This document shows positions 11,195-22,392 of a stretch of 64,000 nucleotides of DNA, one piece after another. The notes under the pieces are model-generated. The model was not told the origin of the DNA. It worked only from the letters and a program-made list of their open reading frames with translations, and made no database searches. Made by a program: the position numbers and the translations under genes. This DNA is from Eledone cirrhosa (lineage: Eukaryota), in assembly GCA_964016885.1 (NCBI GenBank), contig OZ024743.1:175770001-175834000 (forward strand). Direction: 5' to 3'. Position 1 is the first letter of the stretch. The number at the start of each line of letters is the position of its first letter.

Positions 11195-14100
11195 CCCAAT
11201 TCAATGATGTTCCAGAACAATGTAAACGAGATAATTGCCAATTTGGGTTCTGGAACAAAAGAGATCATTGGCAATAAGGGCAGGGGCCCCAAGTTATCAC
11301 AACCTGGGCCCGCCCGTCATCGTGCCATTGTAATAGAGCCAAACAGGGCATTTAGTCTTGGCTGCTGGAACGTACGGACGCTGCTTGACAGGGATTCTTT
11401 GGAGCGTCCTGAACGAAGGACCGCTCTTGTTGCGAAGGAGCTTCGACGTTACGATCTTGACATCGTGGCTTTGTCTGAGACGAGGTTAGCTGGAGATGGT
11501 CATCTTACGGAATTTTGTGGAGAATATACATTCTTCTGGAAAGGAAGAGATGAAGGAACCAGAAGAGAGGCTGGGGTAGGATTTGCTGTTAAGACTGTAC
11601 TGGTGAATAAATTAGAAGAATTCCCAGTGGGGATTAGTGAGCGTCTTATGTCCATGAGAGTTCCGCTGGACAAGGGAAGATATGCTACCCTGGTGAGTGT
11701 GTATGCTCCAACTATGAATTCTGTCGATGAAGAAAAACTGTCCTTTTACCATGCCTTGAAAGGTGTTTTAAGAAATATCCCTCAGGCAGACAAAGTCATC
11801 GTGCTTGGTGACTTTAATGCTAGAGTGGGTAGGGATTTTAACACATGGAATGTAATCGGAAGGCATGGGGTGGGAAAGTGTAACAGCAATGGTATGCTCT
11901 TGCTGCAGATGTGTGAGGAGCTGGATCTGTGTGTTACCAACACCATGTTCCAACAAAAGAACAAATTCAAGACCACATGGATGCATCCTGCATCTAAGGA
12001 ATGGCATCTTTTGGACTACGTCCTAGTCAGGATGCGTGACAGACAGGATGTGCGGTGTGTTCGTGTTCTTCGTGGAGCTGAGTGCTGGACGGACCACCGC
12101 CTGGTACGCGCAAAGGTGAATCTAATCACCAAACGTAAAATCCGGGCTCCTGGTGTTACCCTGCCCAAAAGATTGAATGCTGCTCGTCTTAAGGATAAAA
12201 ATGTGAAGAGGACATTGGAAGAAGAGATGCAGGCTGCAGATCTTGGTGAGGATTGGCCGACCCTTAAAAAGTCGGTTTATGATGTAGGCAGACGTGTTCT
12301 GGGATTGGTGCAGAGAAAACATCAGGACTGGTTTAATGAGAAAGATGTGCATATAGATGACTTGTTGGCTGATAAGAGGCGCGCTCTGTCACGCTACTTG
12401 ACGGCAAGACCACAGGAGAGGAATACGTTGCATGAGGAGCTCAGGGATGTAAAATCACGTGTTAGGCGGAGTCTTTCTCAGATGAAGGATCAGTGGTGGA
12501 GTGAGAAGGCTGGTGAGATACAAACTGCGTCTGATTGCAATAACACAAAGCTGTTGTACAGTCTCTTGCGTGAGGTTTATGGACCGTCTTCTTCTCTGGT
12601 GACACCGATTCGCAGCAGGGATGGCAAAGAACTTCTTCGTGACTCACAGGGAATTCTACGAAGGTGGCGAGAGCACTTTGATGATCTTTTGAATCAGCCG
12701 TCTGTCGTCAGTGAAGATTTCCTCAATCTCATTCCGGAAAGTCCTGTGAAAGTAGCTCTCGCAGAGCCTCCGACACTTGTGGAGGTTGCAGTGGCTATTT
12801 CGAAGCTGAACAGTGGAAGATCTCCAGGTATGGATGGCATACATGCTGAGCTCCTACAATATGGTGGTGAGAGACTCCTGCAACATCTTCACTCTCTGTT
12901 TGGAAGGATATGGGCTAATGAATCCGTGCCTGAGGACTGGAGAGATGCAGTAATGGTGGTCTTGTACAAGGGAAAGGGTAACAGGAATGATTGTGGGAAC
13001 TACAGAGGTATATCATTGCTTTCTGTCGTGGGGAAAGTTTTATGTAGGGTGCTTCTGGACCGTCTGCTGACACACATTGCAGATTGTGTCCTTCCTGAAA
13101 GTCAATCTGGTTTTCGTGTTGGACGCGGCACTACTGATATGATCTTCTCAGCTAGACAGCTCCAGGAGAAGTGCATTGAACAGGGCTTGGATCTGTATCA
13201 GGTTTTTGTCGATCTGACAAAGGCTTTCGATACTGTCAACAGAGATGCATTATGGAAGGTTCTCCAGAAACTTGGTTGCCCTGATAAGTTCCTTGCTTTA
13301 GTTAGGTCTTTCCATGACGACATGAAGGCTTGGGTTAATGTCGGAGGTAACATGTCGGAGCCTATCTCAGTAAAAAATGGAGTGAAACAGGGGGATATTC
13401 CAGCACCGACCCTGTTTGCCATATACTTTGCAATGGTTTTCTGTATTGCATTCAGGAATTGCGAGCATGGTGTTTACATCCGATATCGAACCTCAGGCAG
13501 CATATTTAACATCAGGCGCTTTGCTGCGAAGACAAAAGTATTTACATCAGTCATAAGAGACCTCTTGTATGCAGATGATTGCGATCTTGTAGCGCACACA
13601 GAGAGTGATATGCAGCACATTTTGAATGTATTTTCTGACGCTTGCACTGCCCTGGGTTTGACTGTCAGTCTCAAGAAAACCGTCGTCATGTACCAACCTG
13701 CACCTGGTGGGCAGTACACTGAACCAAACATCTATGTGTATGGCAAACGACTTGGAGTGGTTGATCAGTTTGTCTACCTGGGAAGCGCTGTCAATCGATA
13801 CGGCAACCTTGACAGTGAAATCTCACTTAGGATTAGGAAAGCAAGTGATGCTTTCGGAAAGCTAGAAAGGCGACTCTGGGGTCGGCGAGACATATGCAGG
13901 AGGACAAAGGTAAGGGTGTACAGGGCATGTGTACTCTCTTGTCTTCTTTATGCCTGCGAGACCTGGGTCACATATCGACGCCACCTTAAGCAATTGGAGC
14001 GTTTCCATCAGATGTGTCTCAGACGGATACATGGCGTTCACTGGAGGGACCACATCAGTGATGTCGAGATTTTGGAAAGCTCTATGTGTGACAGTATAGA

Positions 14101-14757
14101 AGCTCTTGTGCTTAAGCAGCGACTCCGTTGGAGTGGTCACCTTGCCAGGATGAAGGATTCTAGAATACCAAAACAACTCTTCTATGGAGAGTTGGTTAAA
14201 GGAAAACGACCGCCACATAAACCAAAAAAGAGGTATAAGGATTCCTTGAAGGCCTCTCTGAGAGACGCTAACATCTCTGCTGATACATGGGAAAATGTTG
14301 CTGCTGATCGTAATAAATGGAGAAAGACTGTATATGAGGGAAAAGTTGCCTTTGAGGCATCTCGAATCGCACACGAGAAAGTAAAGCGGGACGTGAGGAA
14401 GGGTATTGCTGTTGCACTTCCAGACGGCGAGGGTCCTCCTATGTTTCTGACATGCAGCGTCTGTGCGAGACTCTGCCTAAGCAAAGCTGGACTCGAAAGT
14501 CATCTTCGCAGTCATAAAGTAAGACCAGTGGTTGACTACCAGGCTGCTGTTGGAGATGCTACTCATCATGCTTGCCAAACATGTGGTAGAGAATGTAAAT
14601 CAGCAGGAGGACTCAAGCGACATGCAAAAGTACACGAACTCCAACCACAGCCGACTATTCCCAGTAAATGTTTTGGTTGCCGACTCTGTGCAAGACATTT
14701 TGGATCATTGGCTGGGCTAAAAAGCCACATTCGATCGCAGCACTGTTAGTTGCTATC

Positions 14758-14799
<42 letters not shown>

Positions 14800-14878
14800 G
14801 CTTATGTGCGTGCGTGTGTGTGTATATATATATGAATATGTATATTATTATTGTTGTTGTCGTTATTATTATTATTGC

Positions 14879-14927
<49 letters not shown>

Positions 14928-15049
14928 GTTATTAATGTATGTGTGTATATATGTGTGAGTGTATGTGTATGTATGTGTGTGTGTATATATGTATGTATGT
15001 GTATGTATGTGTGTGTGTATATATATGTGTATATATATATATATGTATA

Positions 15050-15115
<66 letters not shown>

Positions 15116-15116
15116 T

Positions 15117-15192
<76 letters not shown>

Positions 15193-15240
15193 TGTGCAAT
15201 GGCCATACTCGATAACGAGGGGGCAGCCATCATGTATGTA
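10819..15240 (+). mobile_element. Near full-length RTE-clade LINE (5' UTR, single ORF, microsatellite-rich 3' UTR, (TATG)n tail)
   Basis: 5' UTR matches 49610-49890. 3' terminus GGCCATACTCGATAACGAGGGGGCAGCCATCATGTATG recurs at 36040-36075. Confidence 0.9.
11204..14749 (+). CDS. RTE-clade LINE polyprotein: APE endonuclease, reverse transcriptase, three C-terminal C2H2 zinc fingers (1181 aa, uninterrupted)
   Basis: EN motifs GCWNVRTL, ALSETRL, SVYAPT, LGDFNARVG, TDHRLV. RT motifs NYRGISLL, QSGFR, FVDLTKAFD, GVKQGD, LYADD, YLGS. Fingers CSVC..HLRSH, CQTC..HAKVH, CRLC..HIRSQH. Confidence 0.96.
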   Translation: MMFQNNVNEIIANLGSGTKEIIGNKGRGPKLSQPGPARHRAIVIEPNRAFSLGCWNVRTLLDRDSLERPERRTALVAKELRRYDLDIVALSETRLAGDGHLTEFCGEYTFFWKGRDEGTRREAGVGFAVKTVLVNKLEEFPVGISERLMSMRVPLDKGRYATLVSVYAPTMNSVDEEKLSFYHALKGVLRNIPQADKVIVLGDFNARVGRDFNTWNVIGRHGVGKCNSNGMLLLQMCEELDLCVTNTMFQQKNKFKTTWMHPASKEWHLLDYVLVRMRDRQDVRCVRVLRGAECWTDHRLVRAKVNLITKRKIRAPGVTLPKRLNAARLKDKNVKRTLEEEMQAADLGEDWPTLKKSVYDVGRRVLGLVQRKHQDWFNEKDVHIDDLLADKRRALSRYLTARPQERNTLHEELRDVKSRVRRSLSQMKDQWWSEKAGEIQTASDCNNTKLLYSLLREVYGPSSSLVTPIRSRDGKELLRDSQGILRRWREHFDDLLNQPSVVSEDFLNLIPESPVKVALAEPPTLVEVAVAISKLNSGRSPGMDGIHAELLQYGGERLLQHLHSLFGRIWANESVPEDWRDAVMVVLYKGKGNRNDCGNYRGISLLSVVGKVLCRVLLDRLLTHIADCVLPESQSGFRVGRGTTDMIFSARQLQEKCIEQGLDLYQVFVDLTKAFDTVNRDALWKVLQKLGCPDKFLALVRSFHDDMKAWVNVGGNMSEPISVKNGVKQGDIPAPTLFAIYFAMVFCIAFRNCEHGVYIRYRTSGSIFNIRRFAAKTKVFTSVIRDLLYADDCDLVAHTESDMQHILNVFSDACTALGLTVSLKKTVVMYQPAPGGQYTEPNIYVYGKRLGVVDQFVYLGSAVNRYGNLDSEISLRIRKASDAFGKLERRLWGRRDICRRTKVRVYRACVLSCLLYACETWVTYRRHLKQLERFHQMCLRRIHGVHWRDHISDVEILESSMCDSIEALVLKQRLRWSGHLARMKDSRIPKQLFYGELVKGKRPPHKPKKRYKDSLKASLRDANISADTWENVAADRNKWRKTVYEGKVAFEASRIAHEKVKRDVRKGIAVALPDGEGPPMFLTCSVCARLCLSKAGLESHLRSHKVRPVVDYQAAVGDATHHACQTCGRECKSAGGLKRHAKVHELQPQPTIPSKCFGCRLCARHFGSLAGLKSHIRSQHC

Positions 15241-15326
15241 TGTGTGTGTGTATGTATGTATGTATGTATGTATGCATATATGTATGTATACATATATATG
15301 ATGATAGCGGCAACTCGATTTCGAGT

Positions 15327-15425
15327 AATGCTATCGCTTGATAATTAAACATGAGCATGGTTTGCTATCGCTTGATAATTAAACATGAGCATGGTTTGCT
15401 ATCGCTTGATATTAAACATGAGCAC
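15327..15425. repeat. ~33-bp tandem repeat x3 at junction of RTE fragments
   Basis: TGCTATCGCTTGATAATTAAACATGAGCA repeated three times. Confidence 0.8.
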
Positions 15426-15756
15426 TGTGGTCGGATCTGCCTGAGCAAAGCTGGTTTGATTAAACATGAACAAAGTCATATCAGTAGACCTCGTGTAGAT
15501 TATTATCTGTAAAGGTGTAAAGAATGTGGCAAGGCATGTGCAAGCATGGGAGGTCTTAAAGTACACATGAGAACGCAGTCAGAATCAAATAGTGGAAACT
15601 CCTAGAAGAGCCTACAGTTGCCATGTGTGTGCCAGAGGGTATAAATCTTTGGCTTGTCTAAAGAGCCATATTCGTGCCTCACATTTCTGAGCATTTTATC
15701 AGGCGATGGCAAATCTCGAACACGAGTTTGCAGCCATTATGTATGTATGTATGTAT
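15425..15756 (+). pseudogene. 5'-truncated copy of a second RTE subfamily (zinc-finger region + 3' end)
   Basis: Translates in pieces to CGRICLSKAGLIKHEQSH, CKECGKACASMGGLKVH and CHVCARGYKSLACLKSHIR. Ends CTCGAACACGAG..GCAGCCATTATGTATG. Confidence 0.8.
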
Positions 15757-15757
15757 A

Positions 15758-15950
15758 TAATGGCGGTGGATTGGCAGTATTGGTAGAGGGTTGGACGCCA
15801 TGATTTGACGTATAGAGTTACGGCCCTCGCTATTCTGAGTTCAAATCCCGTCAAGGTTAACTTTGCCTTTCATCCTTACGGGGTCGATAAAATAAAGTAC
15901 AGTAATACACTGGGTAATTTGCTGGCCTTGTGCCTAACGTAGAAACAATT
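15758..15950 (+). mobile_element. Full-length Deu/Nin-domain tRNA-SINE
   Basis: TGGCAGTATTGG A-box-like, GAGTTCAAATCC B-box, central domain, family tail. Confidence 0.8.
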
Positions 15951-15960
15951 ATGTATGTAT

Positions 15961-16228
15961 GTTTTCTCTTTCTCTTAATTTCGAGTATATTTTTTTGACC
16001 GGCCACCTTCCTGGTGGCAAGGTTGTAAAAGAGAAGAAATTGTCATCCCTTGAATCGCAAGAATGTTTTGCAAATTTTGAAGATGCCAGCTATTGCAGCC
16101 ATTTGCAGACTATGAATTAGGGAGCTGCGCTTTTTGTCCGCAAATCCAAGTTCAGTCATACTTTGGTCCAAGCGGGTTGGTATATAACCCGTAGCACCAA
16201 TAATGATGGGTATGAAGCTAAAGGTGTA
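15961..16228 (-). mobile_element. R4/Dong-type LINE family A, 3' fragment within (TATG)n
   Basis: TFSFIPIIIGATGYIP..ICKTFLRFKG* and shared 3' UTR. (TATG)n on both sides. Confidence 0.85.
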
Positions 16229-16304
16229 TGTATGTATGTATGTATGTATGTATGTATGTATGTATGTATGTATTTGTATATATGTATGTATGTATGCATG
16301 TGTA

Positions 16305-16841
16305 TGATGTATTCCTCGATTTCGAGTAATACTATGGCTTGATACATAAGCACGAGCATCACGGACTTGGCTTTTTAGTCCTGCTAGGGACTTTCCTATG
16401 GCCAGCAAAGCCATGCATCGCAAAAAATAGAACAAATCTAGCGATGCCTGTGCTTGAAGCTTTTTTAAGTGAGGAAAGGATTTTCATGGGGCAAATCCCA
16501 CTCTCTAAACATCGAATACATTTACCCCAAAAGAAGAACTGATCTACATTATTGGATGCAAACGTGGTCGTAGGTTTTATATAAGAGTGACCTTCTCTAA
16601 GAGAGATATCTTAATGAAGACTAGGGGTCTCTCGCTTCATATAATAGTTTATTGGATCGCCGTTGACTCCTGAATTCCTCCGCATTTTGGCGGGTTTTGC
16701 TTTTCATCCCGCAGGGTGTCTAAAATCACCCTTCTCGCCAAGCAATGCTCGGTGGGGTTGCCGGTTTAGCCGCCGACGACCCAACCATGCACGTGTTGTA
16801 CTGGGTTACATATTACCAAAAGCAATGAAGTGCAGCCTGAC
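16305..16841 (-). mobile_element. Non-autonomous RTE derivative (diverged subfamily)
   Basis: Minus strand begins GTCAGG..CCCAGTACAAC..GGCAACCCCACC and ends CTCGAAATCGAG, like copies at 37613 and 42450. Confidence 0.65.
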
Positions 16842-16846
16842 ATACA

Positions 16847-16942
<96 letters not shown>

Positions 16943-17399
16943 TCTACGACCGTCACTCCCGATGGATTATGATTTGGTAGTGTGTATCATATTTTCCATG
17001 TGGGCTTTGGATATCCACACAGTCGTGAGCAGACACAGACACCCCCACCACCCTTATTCTCTTGATCCAGTGGAACATTCAGAATGTAACCACTGGAAGG
17101 AGGAGGTTTACTTCAGCGTTTGGCCGGTACTTTCTTTAATGACGCCGAAATTATGAAGGGCAAAGAGAACCTAGGCGTGGTTTGAATTCAAAACGCAGAG
17201 ACCCAGAGCTATATCTGTGTAGCAATAGGAGTTTCTACTTTTAGCAAGAGCATTACTTACACATAAACAAGAAGAGATAGAACTATTACAGTTGTCTCTT
17301 GGAACGTTCAATTCTGACATCTATTAAACCACAACAAACTGCTATATTGCTATCACTGTGGTGTCAAATTGAGCTATATGTTTTATAAAGGATATTATA

Positions 17400-17690
17400 T
17401 GTCCAACATCTGGTTGAATGAGATTGACATCAAGATTGATTTTCTCAGCCTATCTTTGCCTGGAAGATTTGTCCAGTGTTTCTCTCTTTAGAGCTGTGTC
17501 CTCTCGATGAAAAGAAGCGTCGCTACCTGGATCAAATCCCGGATCTCCGAACTACATCGCCTATCGTGTAACGTTACTCCAAAGACCATTCAGAAGAACT
17601 CTATTTCCGCCAGTTGTATTTGCGATCGTTTGGTTATCACCCAAGATTCATAACCATAAGTAAGGGTAGGTAAACATACATAAGTGAAGA
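17400..17690 (-). pseudogene. Degenerate RTE-like LINE C-terminal fragment
   Basis: Minus-strand translation PTLTYGYESWVITKRSQIQLAEIEFF*...HDRRCSSEIR. Confidence 0.65.
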
Positions 17691-18934
17691 AAGTGAGTTT
17701 GGCTTTTACACCATTAATTTTCTTTATACATTAAAAAACATTACGCATGAGAAAAAAGAACATTACTAGAAATCCCATACGTTATAAAATAAGTAGGATA
17801 GGTTTAAAAAAAATCAAAGGAGACAACCTAGCAAAATTACCGACTTTCTACACCCCACCATTGTTTGGGACCCGAGAATACTTCCTTTCATCTGATAACC
17901 TTACTTTTATTTCTTAAATCGAAGTAATGCGACATGTTGAAGTAAACATCAGAGTAGTTTAGTTTTAGTTTCTCAGTTCAAATACCGATAAGTTAAAGTT
18001 GGAGTTTCATCTGCTCAATGGCAATATAATAATTACTAGGGGAATACTGTAGGCAATATACAATCTTGCCATATATAAGATTTAACTAGTCAAAAGAAAT
18101 CCACACACTTTTGTATTGAAGTATGTTATTTAAATCCAATTAGATTATATTAAAGCTTTCTCGAATATATGAACACAACAGCTGTGTATGTATATAATTC
18201 TTAGTTTATCTCAAGAAGGTTGAAGAATATGTATGTAATTTAGACTAATTTTTTTTTTTTGGCAAAAGTTCCCCTTTAGAAAACCTGAAGTTCTTCCAAC
18301 AAGTAATACTGTGCTGCGAGCAGATATTATGTGTTATTTGATAGCTTAATTCTTCTTTAAAAAGAATGATAAATATGTTTCATGTTTTACATTACTGGTT
18401 CTATAAACTGCTTAAATTATTACAGATTAAAACACATCACTGGAAAATGGCTTGGGGTTCATGAAAAAACAAAACAAAACAAAAACGTAAATAAATAGAA
18501 AAAGAACAAAAGAAAACATTAACCACTCGCATATCGAAATAGTGGTAATGATGATGATGATAATAAAAGCAATAATAATTATAATATCAATACTACTACT
18601 AATAATAATAATAGTATTTCACCACGCATATATTTGCTTAAGAGAGTAATGCCGGAGGGAAAATGCCAGAAGCATACTGAGACAATTAAATTCCAAATGA
18701 ATTATTGACATGGCGCATTTATTTTTAATCAAAATGGTTTTTTACTCAGATAGTCATAACATAATTGAGGGAAACCAATAAGATTGAGTTACGTCAATGA
18801 GTATATTAAGGTGTTGTATCTATGTATAGATTTGTACCTCTTGATGGAGTCGTACGGGTGCCGTAGGAACATACACCATGTTTTGGTCATTTTAAACCTG
18901 GCAGAGCCCATCCGCTGTTGAAGTCTGAACACGG

Positions 18935-19021
<87 letters not shown>

Positions 19022-19366
19022 GAAGTGAAGAAAAATCTACACCAGTTCTTGACTAATAATCAAAGCTGAGATTCAATGGACTGGTTATGTAAGATTAAGA
19101 GATAGACTATAACAACAATACCTACGTCGCAGGCCAACTCAGAATCAAATATTTACTCCATTTACATTTTCCCTGTTTGTGTTCACCGTAATTTATTTAT
19201 CGTTTATTGATTAACTAATTATGCAATACAGACTTGATGATGATGTCAGGAACTTACGTAACGAGGCCATTGAAATATGTATAGCATGTATAGTATGTAT
19301 CAATAAAACTTTAAGGGAACTTCACGAATCCGGACTCCTGTTATTTTAATCGAACTAATTATTTTA

Positions 19367-19425
<59 letters not shown>

Positions 19426-19637
19426 TTTACGTATCGAGAGAGAGAAAAAAGGGGAGGATAGGTGATACGTATAGTTATTTGCCAAGTAGCGTATGCCAAA
19501 GGTGCTCGATACTAGTGCCGGCAGTATTAAATATTCAAAGTGTTAATATTTAGTGGGCTAGAGAGTTAGCAGAGCGTAAGCACGTGTGAAAGTAAAATAT
19601 CGGAGAATAGACCGTTAAAACATGTTTATTTAAAACA

Positions 19638-19677
19638 GCACCTCCGTACGTTTCACCCAGTTGGGCTTCTCAAGGGC
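19638..19677 (-). ncRNA. U3-A8 hammerhead variant, probably inactivated (GGA at cleavage triplet)
   Basis: GCCC-TTGAGAA-GCCC AACT GGGT-GAAA-CGTACG-GA-GGTGC. Confidence 0.55.
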
Positions 19678-20319
19678 ATAAATAACCAAAAGGTTCCATC
19701 TATTTCCCACGGGAAGGCTATCATTGTTGCTGCCTACGTTGTTACCTACGCTCCTGCAGCTGTCGTTAGCACCATTACAGCCCACAGCACGTGGGGTGGT
19801 GCGATTGTTATTCCGCACGTCATGTCCTGCATGTTCCCCTGTCATTTCGCGGTTATGCTGGTGGCGTCTGCGGAGGCCGTTGCCAGCACTATTGGATGCT
19901 GCTAGGGAGTTGTTAATGCCGATTGGCTAAGGATGAGGAGTGAAACTGTGCACCGGATCTCCCGGCAACAAATTTTAACACCCCGGTGGGCAGGCGCTGC
20001 AAAATAACACCCAGGAAACTAACCATGCATACCAGACCCAGCCTCAAACGACCCAGACAAACAAGTGCGGAAAAACAAACGTCTCAAAATAAACGTTGGT
20101 TACATGACCCTGTGCGTATCGACAATGGTAACGTTGTAACCTCATCTTGTAACGGATAAAAATTTGTCCGGGAAAGACTGCCCTAACACCAGCCAGAGTT
20201 ACCTCCCTTGACCTGCTGCAAAATCAAAACAAGATATTTTTGAGAGCAATGAACCTTGACATGAATTTAACCCCAAAAACTCTTTCCGAGCAATGTAAGG
20301 AACACTTTTGGTTATTTAT

Positions 20320-20359
20320 GCCCTTGAGAAGCCCAACTGGGCGAAACGTACGTAGGTGC
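20320..20359 (+). ncRNA. Minimal type I hammerhead, U3-A8 core variant
   Basis: GCCC-TTGAGAA-GCCC AACT GGGC-GAAA-CGTACG-TA-GG(T)GC. Palindromic stem III, AATAAA shortly downstream. Confidence 0.7.
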
Positions 20360-20426
20360 TGTTTTAAATAAACATGTTTTAACGGTCTATTCTCCGATTT
20401 CTTACTTTTCCACGTATATATATATA

Positions 20427-21300
20427 TACTATAAATTATGCCCATAGAATCATTCGATAAGATATATACACTATTTCCTCTTCGAATCAAAATAATCAAC
20501 CACACAAAAAAAAATTTAACCATGCTATAAGATTAAAAGGCACCTATGAAGAAATAATAGATAAATAAACGACAGCCATCTATTCGCGATCAACAGCTAT
20601 AGAATATTTACCCAGCATTTCAATAGCACGTGGAAATAGATTAAATATATCGTCAACCATACACAATTAGGTATAACATTAAAGTTAGAAGAAAAAATAC
20701 ATATAAACATACCAGGATTACGTTTCTACTCTTTAGGGTTTCATTCGCTTTCGGAAATATCCGATCAGGGATAAATTCTTTCTAGCAACCAGCCCACTCG
20801 CCGTAAGGCACCAATCACATTCTTTCTGACTTGACCACTGCCATGTCACAGTTCTTAGCCATTTTGAATTCGTTTCTGGCGGGGGATCATTGAAGAAAAA
20901 TCTTCGTCCAAATGAGTTTGTTTCCTGATGATTTCGAAGCTCGAGATTTTATCCTTGATCGGATATTTCCGAAAGCAAATGAAACCCTAAAGGGTAGAAA
21001 CCTAACCCTGGTTTGTTTATATGCATTTTTTTCTTCTAACTTTAATTTTATACCTAATTGTGTATGGTTGACGATATATTTAATCGATTTCCACGTGCTA
21101 TTGAAATGGTGGGTAAATATTCTATAGCTGTTGATCGCGAATAGATGGCTGTCGTTTATGTATCTATTATTTCTTCATAGGTGCCTTTTAATCTTATAGC
21201 CTGGTTTAATTAGTTTTTTGTGTGGTTGATTATGTTGATTGGGAGAGGAAATAGTGTATATATCTTATCGAATAATTCTATGGACATAATTTATAGTATA
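20427..21300. repeat. ~300-bp inverted repeat (20427-20760 vs ~20965-21300)
   Basis: e.g. CGACAGCCATCTATTCGCGATCAACAGCTATAGAATATTTACCC and its reverse complement at ~21110-21155. Confidence 0.85.
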
Positions 21301-21407
21301 TTGTTCTGATTATTTAATTTATTAATTCATCATTGAGCCACATCGTGAATAGTTGCTAAAAACATATATATCTATGACTTTGTCTAGTTTGTGTATATGT
21401 AAATCTT

Positions 21408-21438
<31 letters not shown>

Positions 21439-21569
21439 GTGAGGTTTTTTTTACAAAATGAAAAATAACCGAGGTGTCCTACACGAGTGGAAGTATAAAG
21501 AAAAAGGGATGAAATCGAAAATGCAACTGAAGTCTTATTTTTTTTAAAAATATATATATTTATTTGGTT

Positions 21570-21607
21570 CCTTTACCGGTTTCGCAGTTCTTCTGCTTTT
21601 CAAAAGG
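21570..21607 (-). ncRNA. Minimal type I hammerhead, U3-A8 core variant
   Basis: Reverse complement of 22145-22182. Confidence 0.8.
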
Positions 21608-22144
21608 TGAGTTGAGATGGAGGGTCTGTGGTTTTTCTCACATCTGGTTGGTCTCTAAATGTTACTTGTTTTATATGGAAAAACTGGCTCGAAAACCAGG
21701 TTTTTCGAGAAGTAATTTGATTGGTTTGTCAATAATTATAATAAATTTCGCGCCAGTTCGCGTTACAATAGTTCTTCAAATAAGAGAGGGGGGGGTTGTC
21801 ACAGGTTGTTTTTTCATATATGAGTGTTTGAATTTCTTTTTACTTGAAAAAATGAGGCTCACGAAGGCTTTTTTTTGGTTGGTTATAAAGGAAATTTGGC
21901 TGTCACGTGAACAAGTTTTCATTACATTTTTGCGCCCTTATTTGGAAAACTATTCTGTAGTCTATAGTGAATGTTATGACAATGGAGAGATAGTGGTCAA
22001 GGGAAAAGGGATTGGGAGAAATGTTCTGGTTCAGTGAATATGGCCAGCTGTCAGAGTTCAGGAGCCAGTTTTTCCATATAAAACAAGTAACATTTAGAGA
22101 CCAACCAGATGTGAGAAAAACCACAGACCCTCCATCTCAACTCA

Positions 22145-22182
22145 CCTTTTGAAAAGCAGAAGAACTGCGAAACCGGTAAAGG
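22145..22182 (+). ncRNA. Minimal type I hammerhead, U3-A8 core variant
   Basis: CCTT-TTGAAAA-GCAG AAGAA CTGC-GAAA-CCGG-TA-AAGG. All three stems pair, and AATAAA follows within ~10 nt. Confidence 0.8.
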
Positions 22183-22252
22183 AACCAAATAAATATATAT
22201 ATTTTAAAAAAAAAATAAGACTTCAGTTGCATTTTCGATTTCATCCCTTTTT

Positions 22253-22308
<56 letters not shown>

Positions 22309-22392
22309 GTATATATAAATTGTTATATATATGTAAATTGTTAGACTTTGGGAGGGTCATGTTGCCCCCCCCCCCCCAAAAAAAAAGACAAC

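Larger units (their letters stand above)
19423..20414. mobile_element. Penelope-like head-to-head inverted element with outward-facing hammerheads
   Basis: Arms ~19586-19692 and ~20305-20414 are reverse complements. (TA)n at 19371-19422 and 20415-20428. Confidence 0.65.
21432..22256. mobile_element. Penelope-like head-to-head inverted element with outward-facing hammerheads
   Basis: Arms ~21495-21690 and ~22060-22256 are near-perfect reverse complements. (TA)n on both outer sides. Same family as 43912-44241. Confidence 0.75.

Noticed and set aside
15758-15850. tRNA gene
   Set aside because: A/B boxes belong to a SINE head; no cloverleaf evident.
20925-20945. CTGATGA motif
   Set aside because: No following stem II-GAAA arrangement.
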